IMG/VR virus record: IMGVR_UViG_3300016649_000134
Coordinates: 1-33,894 of that record
Source: a virus
Lineage: Duplodnaviria > Caudoviricetes
DNA: 33,894 nucleotides
Strand: one strand, 5' to 3'
Shown here: positions 25,822 to 33,316 of the stretch, piece by piece
Position numbering within the stretch: position 1 is the first letter of the stretch
Layout of the letters: each line of letters starts with the position of its first letter
Translations under genes and position numbers: made by a program
The notes under the pieces: model-generated
The model's input: only the letters and a program-made list of their open reading frames with translations
Told to the model about the DNA's origin: nothing
Databases searched by the model: none

Positions 25822-26222
25822 GGCTTGGGGGCGGGCTTGGCGGGTGTGACGAGCGATTGCGCGACGGCGTTCAGGGTGGCATCGGTGATGCCCTCCACCA
25901 CTTCCACGCGGTCGGTGGCGGTGCCTGCGTCCAGCCGTTGAATGCGGTCCAGTTGCACGGCTGCGTCCAGCCGATCCCGGCGCAGGGCCATCATGCACTC
26001 CGATGCGCGGATGCGGTCCCGCACCGATGCGTTGGGGTCATCAAGGATGCCTTGAAGCGTTTGGGGGATCGACTTTGATGCGTCATTCGGCAGTTCCCAT
26101 CCGCCGTAGACCGCCTGTTCAATGACGTTCAGGTGCCGCCGTACAGCCTTTCGGGTAGGCGGTCCATCCGAAACCCCCTCCATCCCCCCTGCATTTGCGT
26201 GGTCAGGCATTTCGCTCTCCAT
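25788..26222 (-). CDS. Putative terminase small subunit
   Basis: Helical ~140-aa protein overlapping the terL start, with a basic C-terminus; assignment is positional. Confidence 0.55.
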   Translation of the reverse strand: MESEMPDHANAGGMEGVSDGPPTRKAVRRHLNVIEQAVYGGWELPNDASKSIPQTLQGILDDPNASVRDRIRASECMMALRRDRLDAAVQLDRIQRLDAGTATDRVEVVEGITDATLNAVAQSLVTPAKPAPKPCRSPKRKRKP

Positions 26223-26236
26223 CGTAGCAACGTCTT

Positions 26237-26491
26237 TCAGCGCGGTCCCTTGCGTGGGACGGCGACCAGTTCATACCCGGCGTGGTGCAGCAGGGTGATG
26301 GCGGTTGGCAGGGTCGGAATGGTGGCGGTCAGGGCTTCCGGGTTGGTCAGGATGCTTTCGACGGTCTTGTGCTGGCACAGGTTCGCCGTGGCGCAGTCTT
26401 TAGCAAAGGCGTACCGGGTGCGTCCCTGTTCGTGCAGGGCGGCGAGGATCGCCGTCCGCACATCATGCGGCGATTCAATCGGGTGTTTCAT
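26237..26491 (-). CDS. HTH transcriptional regulator (XRE/Cro-like, 84 aa)
   Basis: TRYAFAKD...KTVESIL...PTLPTAITLLHHAGYEL resembles the XRE-family C-terminus; leaderless ATG at 26491. Confidence 0.7.
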   Translation of the reverse strand: MKHPIESPHDVRTAILAALHEQGRTRYAFAKDCATANLCQHKTVESILTNPEALTATIPTLPTAITLLHHAGYELVAVPRKGPR

Positions 26492-26497
26492 ACGGCC

Positions 26498-26525
26498 ATT
26501 ATACCCCCGTCGCACGGGGGGTCAA
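26498..26525 (-). promoter_or_regulatory. Promoter with palindromic spacer, upstream of the HTH gene
   Basis: TTGACC-N16-TATAAT; CCCCCGT-N3-ACGGGGG inverted repeat fills the spacer. Confidence 0.8.
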
Positions 26526-26575
26526 ATAAACCGCCCGCCGGGGTTTCCCCGTCATGGGGTCCGTGCGACGGGCGG
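26524..26575 (-). terminator. Putative intrinsic terminator after gp157
   Basis: CCGCCCGUCG...CGGCGGGCGG followed by UUUAUUU; large structured loop. Confidence 0.5.
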
Positions 26576-26617
26576 GAGACTGCGTGGGGATGGGCCACGC
26601 ACGAATTGCTGGTGAGT

Positions 26618-27130
26618 CTACCGGATGGATAGGCGGGTGCCACGCTCCATCAGCGCGCAACCGGGGACGGCTTCGCCTGCCTCCAACGCCTCGCGGATGG
26701 CATCGCTGTTGGCGGTCGTGACGGACACGACGCGCCGGAAGCGTTCGGGCAACTGGTCGGCTTCTACATCGACGCGCAGGGGGGTCTTGCCGCCGTTGCG
26801 GACCACCGACAGGCGCACGGTCGCGCCGTCAATGCGGGTGCGTCCTGTAACGGTCATGGCTTCCTTCAGGCGTTCGGCCAGCCGTTCCATCACCTTGTTG
26901 TCGATGCTGGCAAGGGTGCGGATGCGGTCGGCTTCGCGTGCGCGTGCTTCGGCGCGTGCCTTGAGTTCAAGGATGACGGCGGCATAGCGTTCCGCTTTCT
27001 CCTCTAGGGCGGTGTCCAGTCCCTTCAGGTGTTCGTCCAGCGCGGCCATTGCTTCGGGGGAGTCTGCGCCGCCCTCCAGCATCGCGTCGATGACCGCCTG
27101 CATTTCGGATGAGATGGCGTACAGGTTCAC
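26618..27130 (-). CDS. Siphovirus Gp157-family protein
   Basis: MNLYAI...LEEKAERYA...LPERF...IREALEAGEAVPGCALMERGTRLSIR. Confidence 0.88.
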   Translation of the reverse strand: MNLYAISSEMQAVIDAMLEGGADSPEAMAALDEHLKGLDTALEEKAERYAAVILELKARAEARAREADRIRTLASIDNKVMERLAERLKEAMTVTGRTRIDGATVRLSVVRNGGKTPLRVDVEADQLPERFRRVVSVTTANSDAIREALEAGEAVPGCALMERGTRLSIR

Positions 27131-27318
27131 GGGGTGGCCTTTCTGATTTGCTCGGTCGTGAGTTGCATGATGGCGAGCATGAGCGCGTACCGCTCCAGTT
27201 CCTTCCCAACGTCGCGGGATGGGGGCGGGGTCTTGGGCTTGGCTTTAGGCTTCGGGGCTTTGCGGTTCGGCATCGGGTTCCGATCTGTCCTTCGTGGACG
27301 GCCAGTTGTCTTGCTCAA
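27127..27318 (-). CDS. Small basic hypothetical protein
   Basis: Lys/Pro-rich then helical; stop overlaps the gp157 start; start uncertain (TTG 27318 or ATG 27273). Confidence 0.55.
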   Translation of the reverse strand: MSKTTGRPRRTDRNPMPNRKAPKPKAKPKTPPPSRDVGKELERYALMLAIMQLTTEQIRKATP

Positions 27319-27355
27319 AGCAGTTCCAGTCCTTTGATAATTTCTGCCATATCCA

Positions 27356-27592
27356 TTACTTGCCGTCCTCCTTGAACAGATAGCCCCATCCACGCTGCTC
27401 CGCAACATCCGCGCTCCATTGCTGGCTCGCGGTGCTGACGATGTTGCAGATCAACCGCCGCGCCTCGTCGCGCTCGGCGGTGAGTCGGGCAATCTCGGCC
27501 TGAAGCGCGACAAGATCACCAAGATCAATGCTGGCAATGACGGGGCTTTCCGTAAAGCCGTACGGCTTGTGCTTGTCGCGTGAGTCGGTCAT
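27356..27592 (-). CDS. Hypothetical protein with short coiled coil
   Basis: AAAGGA SD before ATG 27592; EIARLTAERDEARR. Confidence 0.65.
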   Translation of the reverse strand: MTDSRDKHKPYGFTESPVIASIDLGDLVALQAEIARLTAERDEARRLICNIVSTASQQWSADVAEQRGWGYLFKEDGK

Positions 27593-27626
27593 GGCATTCC
27601 TTTCATGCTGGCGGAGCGGCAAAGGG

Positions 27627-28460
27627 TCAGAAGGGGAGGTCATTAGCGTTCACTTCCTCCCCGGTCGGTGCGGGTTGGCCGCAGTTCTTCACGGCGATGA
27701 GTTCCAGCGCGTTGCCGTTGCGCCACACTTCCACGATGCGCTTCTCGTTCACGGCTTCCTCTAGGCATTCGGCGTAGCCATCTACCTTCGTTGATACCCA
27801 CGCCATGCCGTGTTCCGCGCTTTCAACCTGAATCGCGTGCGGGTGTCCGGGTCGGCGCGTCACGCGCCGGACAGTCACTTGGCCGTTGAAGTCATCGGGG
27901 AAACGGTCGGCCTTTGCCGGGGCCGGGGGTGCCGGGGGTGCCGGGGGTGCCGGGGGTGCGGCGGGTGCGGGCGGCGCACCCTGTGCCTTCTCCGGTTGGA
28001 AGGTGGCGCGAGTCGTGCGCTGGCTGCGCGTCGGCGCGGCCATTGGCTTGCGCTCCTCGCGGTCCCGGCGGTCCTCCTCGCCGTCATCGTCGGCGTTGTC
28101 GCCTGCGATGCCGCACATAGACAGCGCGCTGTAACGCCTCATGTACGACGTTGCGGACCCCACGGCTTGCGCTGTCGCGTTGTTAGGGACGGCCACGGAT
28201 ACGTCTGCCGCCAGCCATTCTCCGGATGCGTGGATCAGGCTTGTGGTGATCGTCACGGAGCCGGGTTCGGTGCTGATCGTCTGAATCAGCGATAACCCCT
28301 GCTTGGCAAGCGGTTGCCGGATGGCGTTCAGCACGGCGGCAAGCGATGCGTAGCCGTTGTTGAAGTGGCTGTTCTTCTTGTCGAATGCGGGGTTCGACAT
28401 CTCCAAGTTCGCCTTCGCCAGCGCGGTAGCAAGGCTTGCGATTGAGTCGCTTCGGTTCAT
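27627..28460 (-). CDS. ERF-family ssDNA annealing protein
   Basis: KNSHFNNGYASL, LIHASGEWL and QAVGSATSYMRRYSALSMCGIAGD.DDDG; GGAG SD before ATG 28460. Confidence 0.92.
   Translation of the reverse strand: MNRSDSIASLATALAKANLEMSNPAFDKKNSHFNNGYASLAAVLNAIRQPLAKQGLSLIQTISTEPGSVTITTSLIHASGEWLAADVSVAVPNNATAQAVGSATSYMRRYSALSMCGIAGDNADDDGEEDRRDREERKPMAAPTRSQRTTRATFQPEKAQGAPPAPAAPPAPPAPPAPPAPAKADRFPDDFNGQVTVRRVTRRPGHPHAIQVESAEHGMAWVSTKVDGYAECLEEAVNEKRIVEVWRNGNALELIAVKNCGQPAPTGEEVNANDLPF
27922..27957. repeat. 9-bp tandem repeat (gccgggggt)x4 encoding the Pro-Ala linker of ERF
   Basis: Four exact copies. Confidence 0.9.
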
Positions 28461-28543
28461 TGGTGTCTCCACCCGGTCCCGCCGGGTACGGTCGCCGCGA
28501 CCTGCGGCGCGTTGAGCATACCCCCGTTACGCGGGGGTGTAAA
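28461..28543 (-). promoter_or_regulatory. Early promoter plus two-hairpin leader (copy C)
   Basis: TTTACA-N17-TATGCT with CCCCCG/CGGGGG spacer; CGCCGC-AGGUC-GCGGCG and ACCCGG-CGGGA-CCGGGU hairpins. Confidence 0.7.
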
Positions 28544-28572
28544 GGGGCGGTCGCATCGCCCCGTTTCCGTGG

Positions 28573-28944
28573 TCAGTCAAGTTCCACCGGGTGCCCAGCC
28601 ATCCACGCGGGGATGTCGTTGCCGATGACGGGTGCGGTGATCGGGCTGCGTCCAAAGACCTGCTCCACCACCGACACGGGCTTCGTTTGAGCGGGAATCT
28701 GAATCCCGGCGAGTCGCTTGTGATCCGTGACCGATGCGATGTTGGCGTTTTCCCATGCCGTAAGAATCGCAAGATGCCCGTCAAGCATCTTTTCGTAGGC
28801 CGCAGCAGTTTCCTCGCAGCCCGCTTCGCGGTACATCCGGCTCGCCGTCAGGATCGCGGAAAGAAGGTTCTTGGTGTCCTTCAGGGCATTGATGACGGCG
28901 CGGTCGGACTTCTCAAGGCTGCTGCGGGTGGCTTCGTTCTTCAT
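28573..28944 (-). CDS. Hypothetical early protein (123 aa)
   Basis: AGGAG SD before ATG 28944 (MKNEATR); own promoter/leader element. Confidence 0.75.
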   Translation of the reverse strand: MKNEATRSSLEKSDRAVINALKDTKNLLSAILTASRMYREAGCEETAAAYEKMLDGHLAILTAWENANIASVTDHKRLAGIQIPAQTKPVSVVEQVFGRSPITAPVIGNDIPAWMAGHPVELD

Positions 28945-29065
28945 GTTCGTGTCTCCTGCGCCCGCGTCCGGCGGGTTCGGGCCGCGCGACCTGCGCGACA
29001 CACGTACTATACCCCCTCCGCGCCGGGGTGCAAGGGGGTGAAAGGAAAAGTTGGCAGATTTTCTT
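28945..29065 (-). promoter_or_regulatory. Early promoter plus two-hairpin leader (copy A)
   Basis: TTGCAC-N16-TATAGT; shares a 31-nt identical block with 30529-30559; AT-rich upstream tract. Confidence 0.8.
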
Positions 29066-29083
29066 ACATTTGTCCGGGGGGTG

Positions 29084-29123
29084 AAATAACGCGCCCCCCG
29101 GCCAAAGGGCACAGGGGGCACGC
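29084..29123 (-). terminator. Putative intrinsic terminator after the DUF932 gene
   Basis: GCGUGCCCCC...GGGGGCGCGU followed by UAUUU. Confidence 0.55.
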
Positions 29124-29179
29124 TTCCGGGGGCTTGTGAGGGTCGGGGGCCGTCCGTGGCCGTCCCGACCGGGTTCAGG

Positions 29180-30196
29180 TTACAGGCACGCCAGCGCAGC
29201 GTCAAAGGCTTCCTGCGTGGCGTTCGCCGTGGTGCCGTCCCATGCGGCGTAGGCGCGTGCCTGCGCGTCCTTCGTGCGCACGCTCCACCCGGCGCGAAGG
29301 TGCTGGATAGCGTTCGTGGCGGCGTTCGCGGCCACCCACAGGTTCGCGCCGTACTGCCGCGCCTCCGTGTCGAACACCTGCGCGGCGTGCGCGAGGAAGG
29401 CGGTGGCGTGTTCCTTGCGCCGCTCCTCCCAGCCATTCTTCGGGTTGGTCGGGGTCGGTCCGTCAAGCCGCAGGAGAACGTCCGCCCACAGGTTGCGGAT
29501 GGCTTCGCGGTTCACCTGCCGCGCCGCGAGTGCGCGGGCGGTGTCCTTCCCGTCCTCCACCATCTTGAACCACAACTTGATTTCGGCGGCAAGGCTTTCA
29601 ACCCGCGCCCCGATGTTCAGGGTGTGGCGGTGCGACCACGCCTTCTGCTTCACCCCGATGGCGGCGTGGAAGGTGTTGCTGCACACCACGCGCACGCTCG
29701 TCGGCTGCACCCGCAGGGCTAGCGTGCCGTCGTGCCCGTTGGCGATGAGCAGGTAGGGGTGCGCCTCGTCACCCATGCCCGTCATGTCCACGCTGGGAGC
29801 GCGCAGAAGCATGAACACGCGCTTGCCGCCCCGGATGCTTCCGGCGGATTCGACTTCCACCCCGCTGTCCGCGTCGGCGTTGCGCATGGCGTAGGCGAGG
29901 TCGGCCAACGCGCTGTTCTGCACGGGGCTGTAATCCTTGCCGACCACGCCCAGCACGGTGTAATCGTCGGAGCGCACCAGCATCTTGGTTTCGCCCGTGA
30001 CCACCCGGCGTTCGTCGGTGCTGCCCGCGTGGAACGTGCCCGTGAGCGCGTCCGACTCCAGCACCTCCCATTCCATCCCGGCGATGCGCAGCGCGGCGTA
30101 GGGGTTCGGTGCGCCCTGCACCACGGTCCCCAGCCCGTGCCATGCTCCCTTGTTCGCCAGCACCAGTCCGTCGTTGGTTTCGATTTCGTGCGCCAT
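29180..30196 (-). CDS. DUF932/DUF945 family phage-plasmid protein
   Basis: MAHEIE, AWHGLG, LGVVGKDYSPVQN, AGSIRGGKRVF, NGHDG and VRVVCSNT motifs. Confidence 0.9.
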   Translation of the reverse strand: MAHEIETNDGLVLANKGAWHGLGTVVQGAPNPYAALRIAGMEWEVLESDALTGTFHAGSTDERRVVTGETKMLVRSDDYTVLGVVGKDYSPVQNSALADLAYAMRNADADSGVEVESAGSIRGGKRVFMLLRAPSVDMTGMGDEAHPYLLIANGHDGTLALRVQPTSVRVVCSNTFHAAIGVKQKAWSHRHTLNIGARVESLAAEIKLWFKMVEDGKDTARALAARQVNREAIRNLWADVLLRLDGPTPTNPKNGWEERRKEHATAFLAHAAQVFDTEARQYGANLWVAANAATNAIQHLRAGWSVRTKDAQARAYAAWDGTTANATQEAFDAALACL

Positions 30197-30273
30197 GTTC
30201 GTGTCTCTTTCTGCCCCGTCCGGGGGCGTAGGGTGAGGGGGGCGGGCAACGCGCCCGCCCCCCGGCGTGTGTG

Positions 30274-30522
30274 TCAGCGGGCGGGGCGTTGTGCGTGGGC
30301 GGCGATGGCCGTGGACAGCATTTCATCGGCCAACTTGCGGTACTGCTTGATCGCCTCCGTGAATGCCTGCACGGTGTTGGTGTTCCAGCCTTCGTAAGCC
30401 ATCTGCGCGGTGCAAGCCGCGTTGATGGCGCGGTGGATTGCCTTTTCTGCTTCCTGCGCGGCGGTCAGAGCGTTCTGCGCGGCGTGTTCCCGGTTGGCGG
30501 CGTTAGCGAATCCGATGTTCAT
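30274..30522 (-). CDS. Hypothetical helical early protein (82 aa)
   Basis: AGGAG SD before ATG 30522 (MNIGFAN). Confidence 0.75.
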   Translation of the reverse strand: MNIGFANAANREHAAQNALTAAQEAEKAIHRAINAACTAQMAYEGWNTNTVQAFTEAIKQYRKLADEMLSTAIAAHAQRPAR

Positions 30523-30653
30523 GTCGTTGTCTCCTGCGCCCGCGTCCGGCGGGTTCGGGTTGAGCGACCTGCTCAACACACGTACTGTACCCCCGTTCCG
30601 GCGGGGGTCAAGGGGGTGGAGGGATATTTCTGATAGATTTCGCAGATTTCTTT
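30523..30653 (-). promoter_or_regulatory. Early promoter plus two-hairpin leader (copy B)
   Basis: TTGACC-N16-TACAGT; ACCCCCG/CGGGGGT inverted repeat; GUUGAGC-AGGUC-GCUCAAC hairpin. Confidence 0.8.
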
Positions 30654-30735
30654 TGGGGTAAGATAATCCCCGGTCGCGGGCACTCCTTCCCAGCACTCGC
30701 CGGGTCGTTGCGTCAGATCCCGCGCCGGGGTTGGT

Positions 30736-31200
30736 CTAGGGAGCGATGTAGTTCCAGCCGCCCTTTGGGGGGCAGGGCCGGATCAGGATGCACGCGCCGG
30801 GGCCGGACCCCTCCGATGCCCATTCCCGTTCGATGGCAAGCGCGGCCACCTGTCGGTCGTTGGCATACGCAATCCCGGCCAGCGCGTCACAAATCGCCCG
30901 CGCCAGTTTGTCGCAGTCCGCGTAGCCGGGTCGGGGCAAGGCGGATGGGGTGATGCTGCCGTCCTTGCGGTAGTGCTTCTGTGGCCGCACGAACCGCACC
31001 CGCGCATGGATGATGACATCGCCGTGAAACGGCTGTACGCGCTGCTCGCGGGCGGCATCGGCCACCGCCGCACGCCACGGCTTCACGCGCTTGCTGTTCT
31101 CCAGCATCACGCTGCGGCCATCCTTCAGGCGCACCAGTCGCTTGGACCCCTGCGCCGCCGGGTCGCCGTCCACCCACACGACGTATTCGCTGGCAGTCAT
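30736..31200 (-). CDS. rusA: RusA-family Holliday junction resolvase
   Basis: GDPAAQGSKR, VKPWR and DCDKLARAICDALAGIAYANDRQV. Confidence 0.9.
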   Translation of the reverse strand: MTASEYVVWVDGDPAAQGSKRLVRLKDGRSVMLENSKRVKPWRAAVADAAREQRVQPFHGDVIIHARVRFVRPQKHYRKDGSITPSALPRPGYADCDKLARAICDALAGIAYANDRQVAALAIEREWASEGSGPGACILIRPCPPKGGWNYIAP

Positions 31201-31565
31201 CCTTCACCCCCGTAAAGCGCGGCATTCAGGTTGCGCTGTCGCAGTTGTGCGTTCTCGTAGTTGAGCATCGCAATCTGCGCTTGCAGGTGTTCCGGCGCAA
31301 CCGCCCGACGCAGCACGGATATTTCGTCGTGGAGGTGATCCACCTCAAGGATCAGTTTCACGTTCCGACGCGCCAACATCGTGCAATCGTCATCCAGCGT
31401 GCGTGCGCGTGCGTCCGCACGTTGGCACTCGCGCATGGCATTCACGTAGAGCATCCACACACGCTGCAATTCGCCGCCATCCATGTACCTGCGCCCGCCG
31501 TGGTCGCAGAAGCGGCACGCGCTTTGATCGTCGCACAACCCGACCGGGCATCCCGTGGGAGTCAC
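31197..31565 (-). CDS. Hypothetical protein, Cys cluster plus coiled coil
   Basis: GTGA/ATGA overlaps at both ends; CPVGLC...CRFC. Confidence 0.65.
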   Translation of the reverse strand: MTPTGCPVGLCDDQSACRFCDHGGRRYMDGGELQRVWMLYVNAMRECQRADARARTLDDDCTMLARRNVKLILEVDHLHDEISVLRRAVAPEHLQAQIAMLNYENAQLRQRNLNAALYGGEG

Positions 31566-31816
31566 AGTCCTGCCCCCTTCGCCTTGCCGTCGAGCCATGC
31601 CATGCTCACGGGGCCGCGTTCGCAGATGCACGTAGTCCCGCCTTCGTTGATAACCACGTAATCAAACCGGATGCGCTTGGCGTTCCCGGTGAACGTCACG
31701 CCGTTGGCGTGGCACGCGACCCATCCCGACTTGGTGAGGTTGCCGACACACCCCAGCCCACGCAGATAGGCAAGGAACGTTTCGGCCTCTTGGATAAGTG
31801 ACTTCGGTTGCATCAT
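31562..31816 (-). CDS. Hypothetical protein (84 aa)
   Basis: ATGA coupling to the upstream gene. Confidence 0.65.
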   Translation of the reverse strand: MMQPKSLIQEAETFLAYLRGLGCVGNLTKSGWVACHANGVTFTGNAKRIRFDYVVINEGGTTCICERGPVSMAWLDGKAKGAGL

Positions 31817-32031
31817 GTCCCCTTGTGTGCCCGCAACCATGCGGGCAATGGTCGATCTATCGACATCCCCGTGACTTCGTACCAATGCCACAACACGCTA
31901 ATGGCTTCTAGCCCTGTCTCCATTTCGCACTCCCCCGATGCCATCGCTGCTTCGACCAGCCGCACGGCATCCCGGTGCCGTCGCCGTTCGCGTTCCAGCG
32001 TGTAGGCGGGGTGCCGTCGCTTCATGGTCAT
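31813..32031 (-). CDS. Hypothetical protein (72 aa)
   Basis: Fits the operon tiling. Confidence 0.6.
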   Translation of the reverse strand: MTMKRRHPAYTLERERRRHRDAVRLVEAAMASGECEMETGLEAISVLWHWYEVTGMSIDRPLPAWLRAHKGT

Positions 32032-32049
32032 AGGCTAGTTTCGCTGTGG

Positions 32050-32277
32050 TCATTCCGGTACTTCCTTAAGCGGGACGCGCTGAAGGCGTACTGCCTTCGA
32101 CGCGACCACGCGCACCTTGACTTTGTGCGCCCCGCACCCGCAGCGGCACCCCTTCGGTTCTGCGACCTGAAACCACACAGGCATCGGGCCGTTGTCGGTG
32201 TGCGCCATGAGGGTCATCGCCTCATCCCGGCTGTCAAGGGTAACAACGAGCCTGCCCAGTTCATTCGATTTCATCAT
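32050..32277 (-). CDS. Divergent CsrA/RsmA-like small beta protein with CxCxC insertion
   Basis: AGGAGG SD; LVVTLDSRDEAMTL...KVKVRVVASKAVRLQR resembles the CsrA LILTR...VRIGIxAPKEVxIHR pattern; similarity is weak. Confidence 0.45.
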   Translation of the reverse strand: MMKSNELGRLVVTLDSRDEAMTLMAHTDNGPMPVWFQVAEPKGCRCGCGAHKVKVRVVASKAVRLQRVPLKEVPE

Positions 32278-32620
32278 CGAAGCCTCCTGCGAGATAGACG
32301 GGAAGCCAGTCCTGCACGAAGTAGTGCGCGACAATCCCAGTCCACCTGTCGCGGGCTTCTTCAATCGTCATGCTCCGGAACGGAACGTCGGCGTGGAACG
32401 TGACGGCGGAATACTGCTCGTCCTCGTCGCGCATCACGATGCGGGCATCTAGCACCCACTTCTGCGTGACGGTGCCTTCATCTTCAATGCGCGAGTAGGC
32501 CGCGTTGGTGCGGATGCTGGCAACCATCATCCCCTTCAGAGCGTTGGGGTGTTCCTGTTCGATGAAAGCAATGTCCTCGTCAGTCGCTTCGGTCAGGTCC
32601 CATTCGGCTACTTCGGTCAT
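32261..32620 (-). CDS. Acidic hypothetical protein (119 aa)
   Basis: GAGGGAG SD; ATGA overlap. Confidence 0.7.
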   Translation of the reverse strand: MTEVAEWDLTEATDEDIAFIEQEHPNALKGMMVASIRTNAAYSRIEDEGTVTQKWVLDARIVMRDEDEQYSAVTFHADVPFRSMTIEEARDRWTGIVAHYFVQDWLPVYLAGGFDDEIE

Positions 32621-32850
32621 TGCTCCCTCACCTCCATCTCCTGAATCTTCGACATCAAGCGCACGTTGCGGTCGCGCATCTCGCGCTGTTGGTCGCGCAA
32701 TTGGTCGATGATGCTTGCCGCGCTCTCAAGCATGTAGCACAGGTTCATGTCCCTCGCGTGCCACTCGCCTGCTTGCGTGATGTCCGACCAGCCGTCGCGC
32801 ACATACATGGCATGGTTCCGCAGTTGTTGGGTGATATCGACGTTTGCCAT
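32617..32850 (-). CDS. Hypothetical protein (77 aa), coiled-coil C-terminus
   Basis: MANVDITQQLR; ATG 6 nt after a -10-like box. Confidence 0.65.
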   Translation of the reverse strand: MANVDITQQLRNHAMYVRDGWSDITQAGEWHARDMNLCYMLESAASIIDQLRDQQREMRDRNVRLMSKIQEMEVREQ

Positions 32851-32856
32851 GCACAT

Positions 32857-32885
32857 ACCGTAACGCCCCGCCGCGCCGGGGTCAA
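32857..32885 (-). promoter_or_regulatory. Promoter with palindromic spacer (copy E)
   Basis: TTGACC-N17-TACGGT; CCCCG-N6-CGGGG. Confidence 0.55.
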
Positions 32886-33316
32886 TAGATGATCCGGAAA
32901 TATTCCGTGGGAATCTCGTACACGGGTTCGATGTCGGCGGGGTCGTTGCGGTCGCTGCGGCCACCACGCACGACGGGCCATGCGTTGCGCTTGCGATTGT
33001 CCACGCGCAGCCAGCCGATGCAGTCGGTCCATCCGACCAGTAGGCCCGCCATGCAGTTGCGCTCCCGTGCGGCTTGCGCCATGTTCACGATCTTCGCCTG
33101 CGAGATGATGTAAGTAGGGTAGTGCTGCATCGTGTTCCGGCGGTACTTCACCTCAACCAACGCCGACAGCGTTCCATCCTGCCGCAGCATTTCGTAGTCC
33201 CACCCCCATAGGCGCGGGGTCGCGCTGGCCCGCATCCCAACCGCACGTTCCAATCGGGTGATGATTTCACCCTGCCGGATTTGGTCGGTCAGTCGCTCGT
33301 ACACGGGGCGGGTCAT
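32882..33316 (-). CDS. PD-(D/E)XK nuclease-fold protein
   Basis: WDY...LVEVKYR motif; C-terminal GGRSDRNDPADIEPVYEIP. Confidence 0.65.
   Translation of the reverse strand: MTRPVYERLTDQIRQGEIITRLERAVGMRASATPRLWGWDYEMLRQDGTLSALVEVKYRRNTMQHYPTYIISQAKIVNMAQAARERNCMAGLLVGWTDCIGWLRVDNRKRNAWPVVRGGRSDRNDPADIEPVYEIPTEYFRIIY

Noticed and set aside
27315-27356. 13-codon ORF MDMAEIIKGLELL coupled between two genes
   Set aside because: Too short to support; may be a coupling peptide or gene remnant, and read-through of its TGA gives nothing recognisable
28945-29466. N-terminal extension of the 297-aa ORF, and the similar PNPPDAGAGD peptide in ORF 30274..30696
   Set aside because: Translation of the repeated promoter/leader element; SD-supported starts are 28944 and 30522
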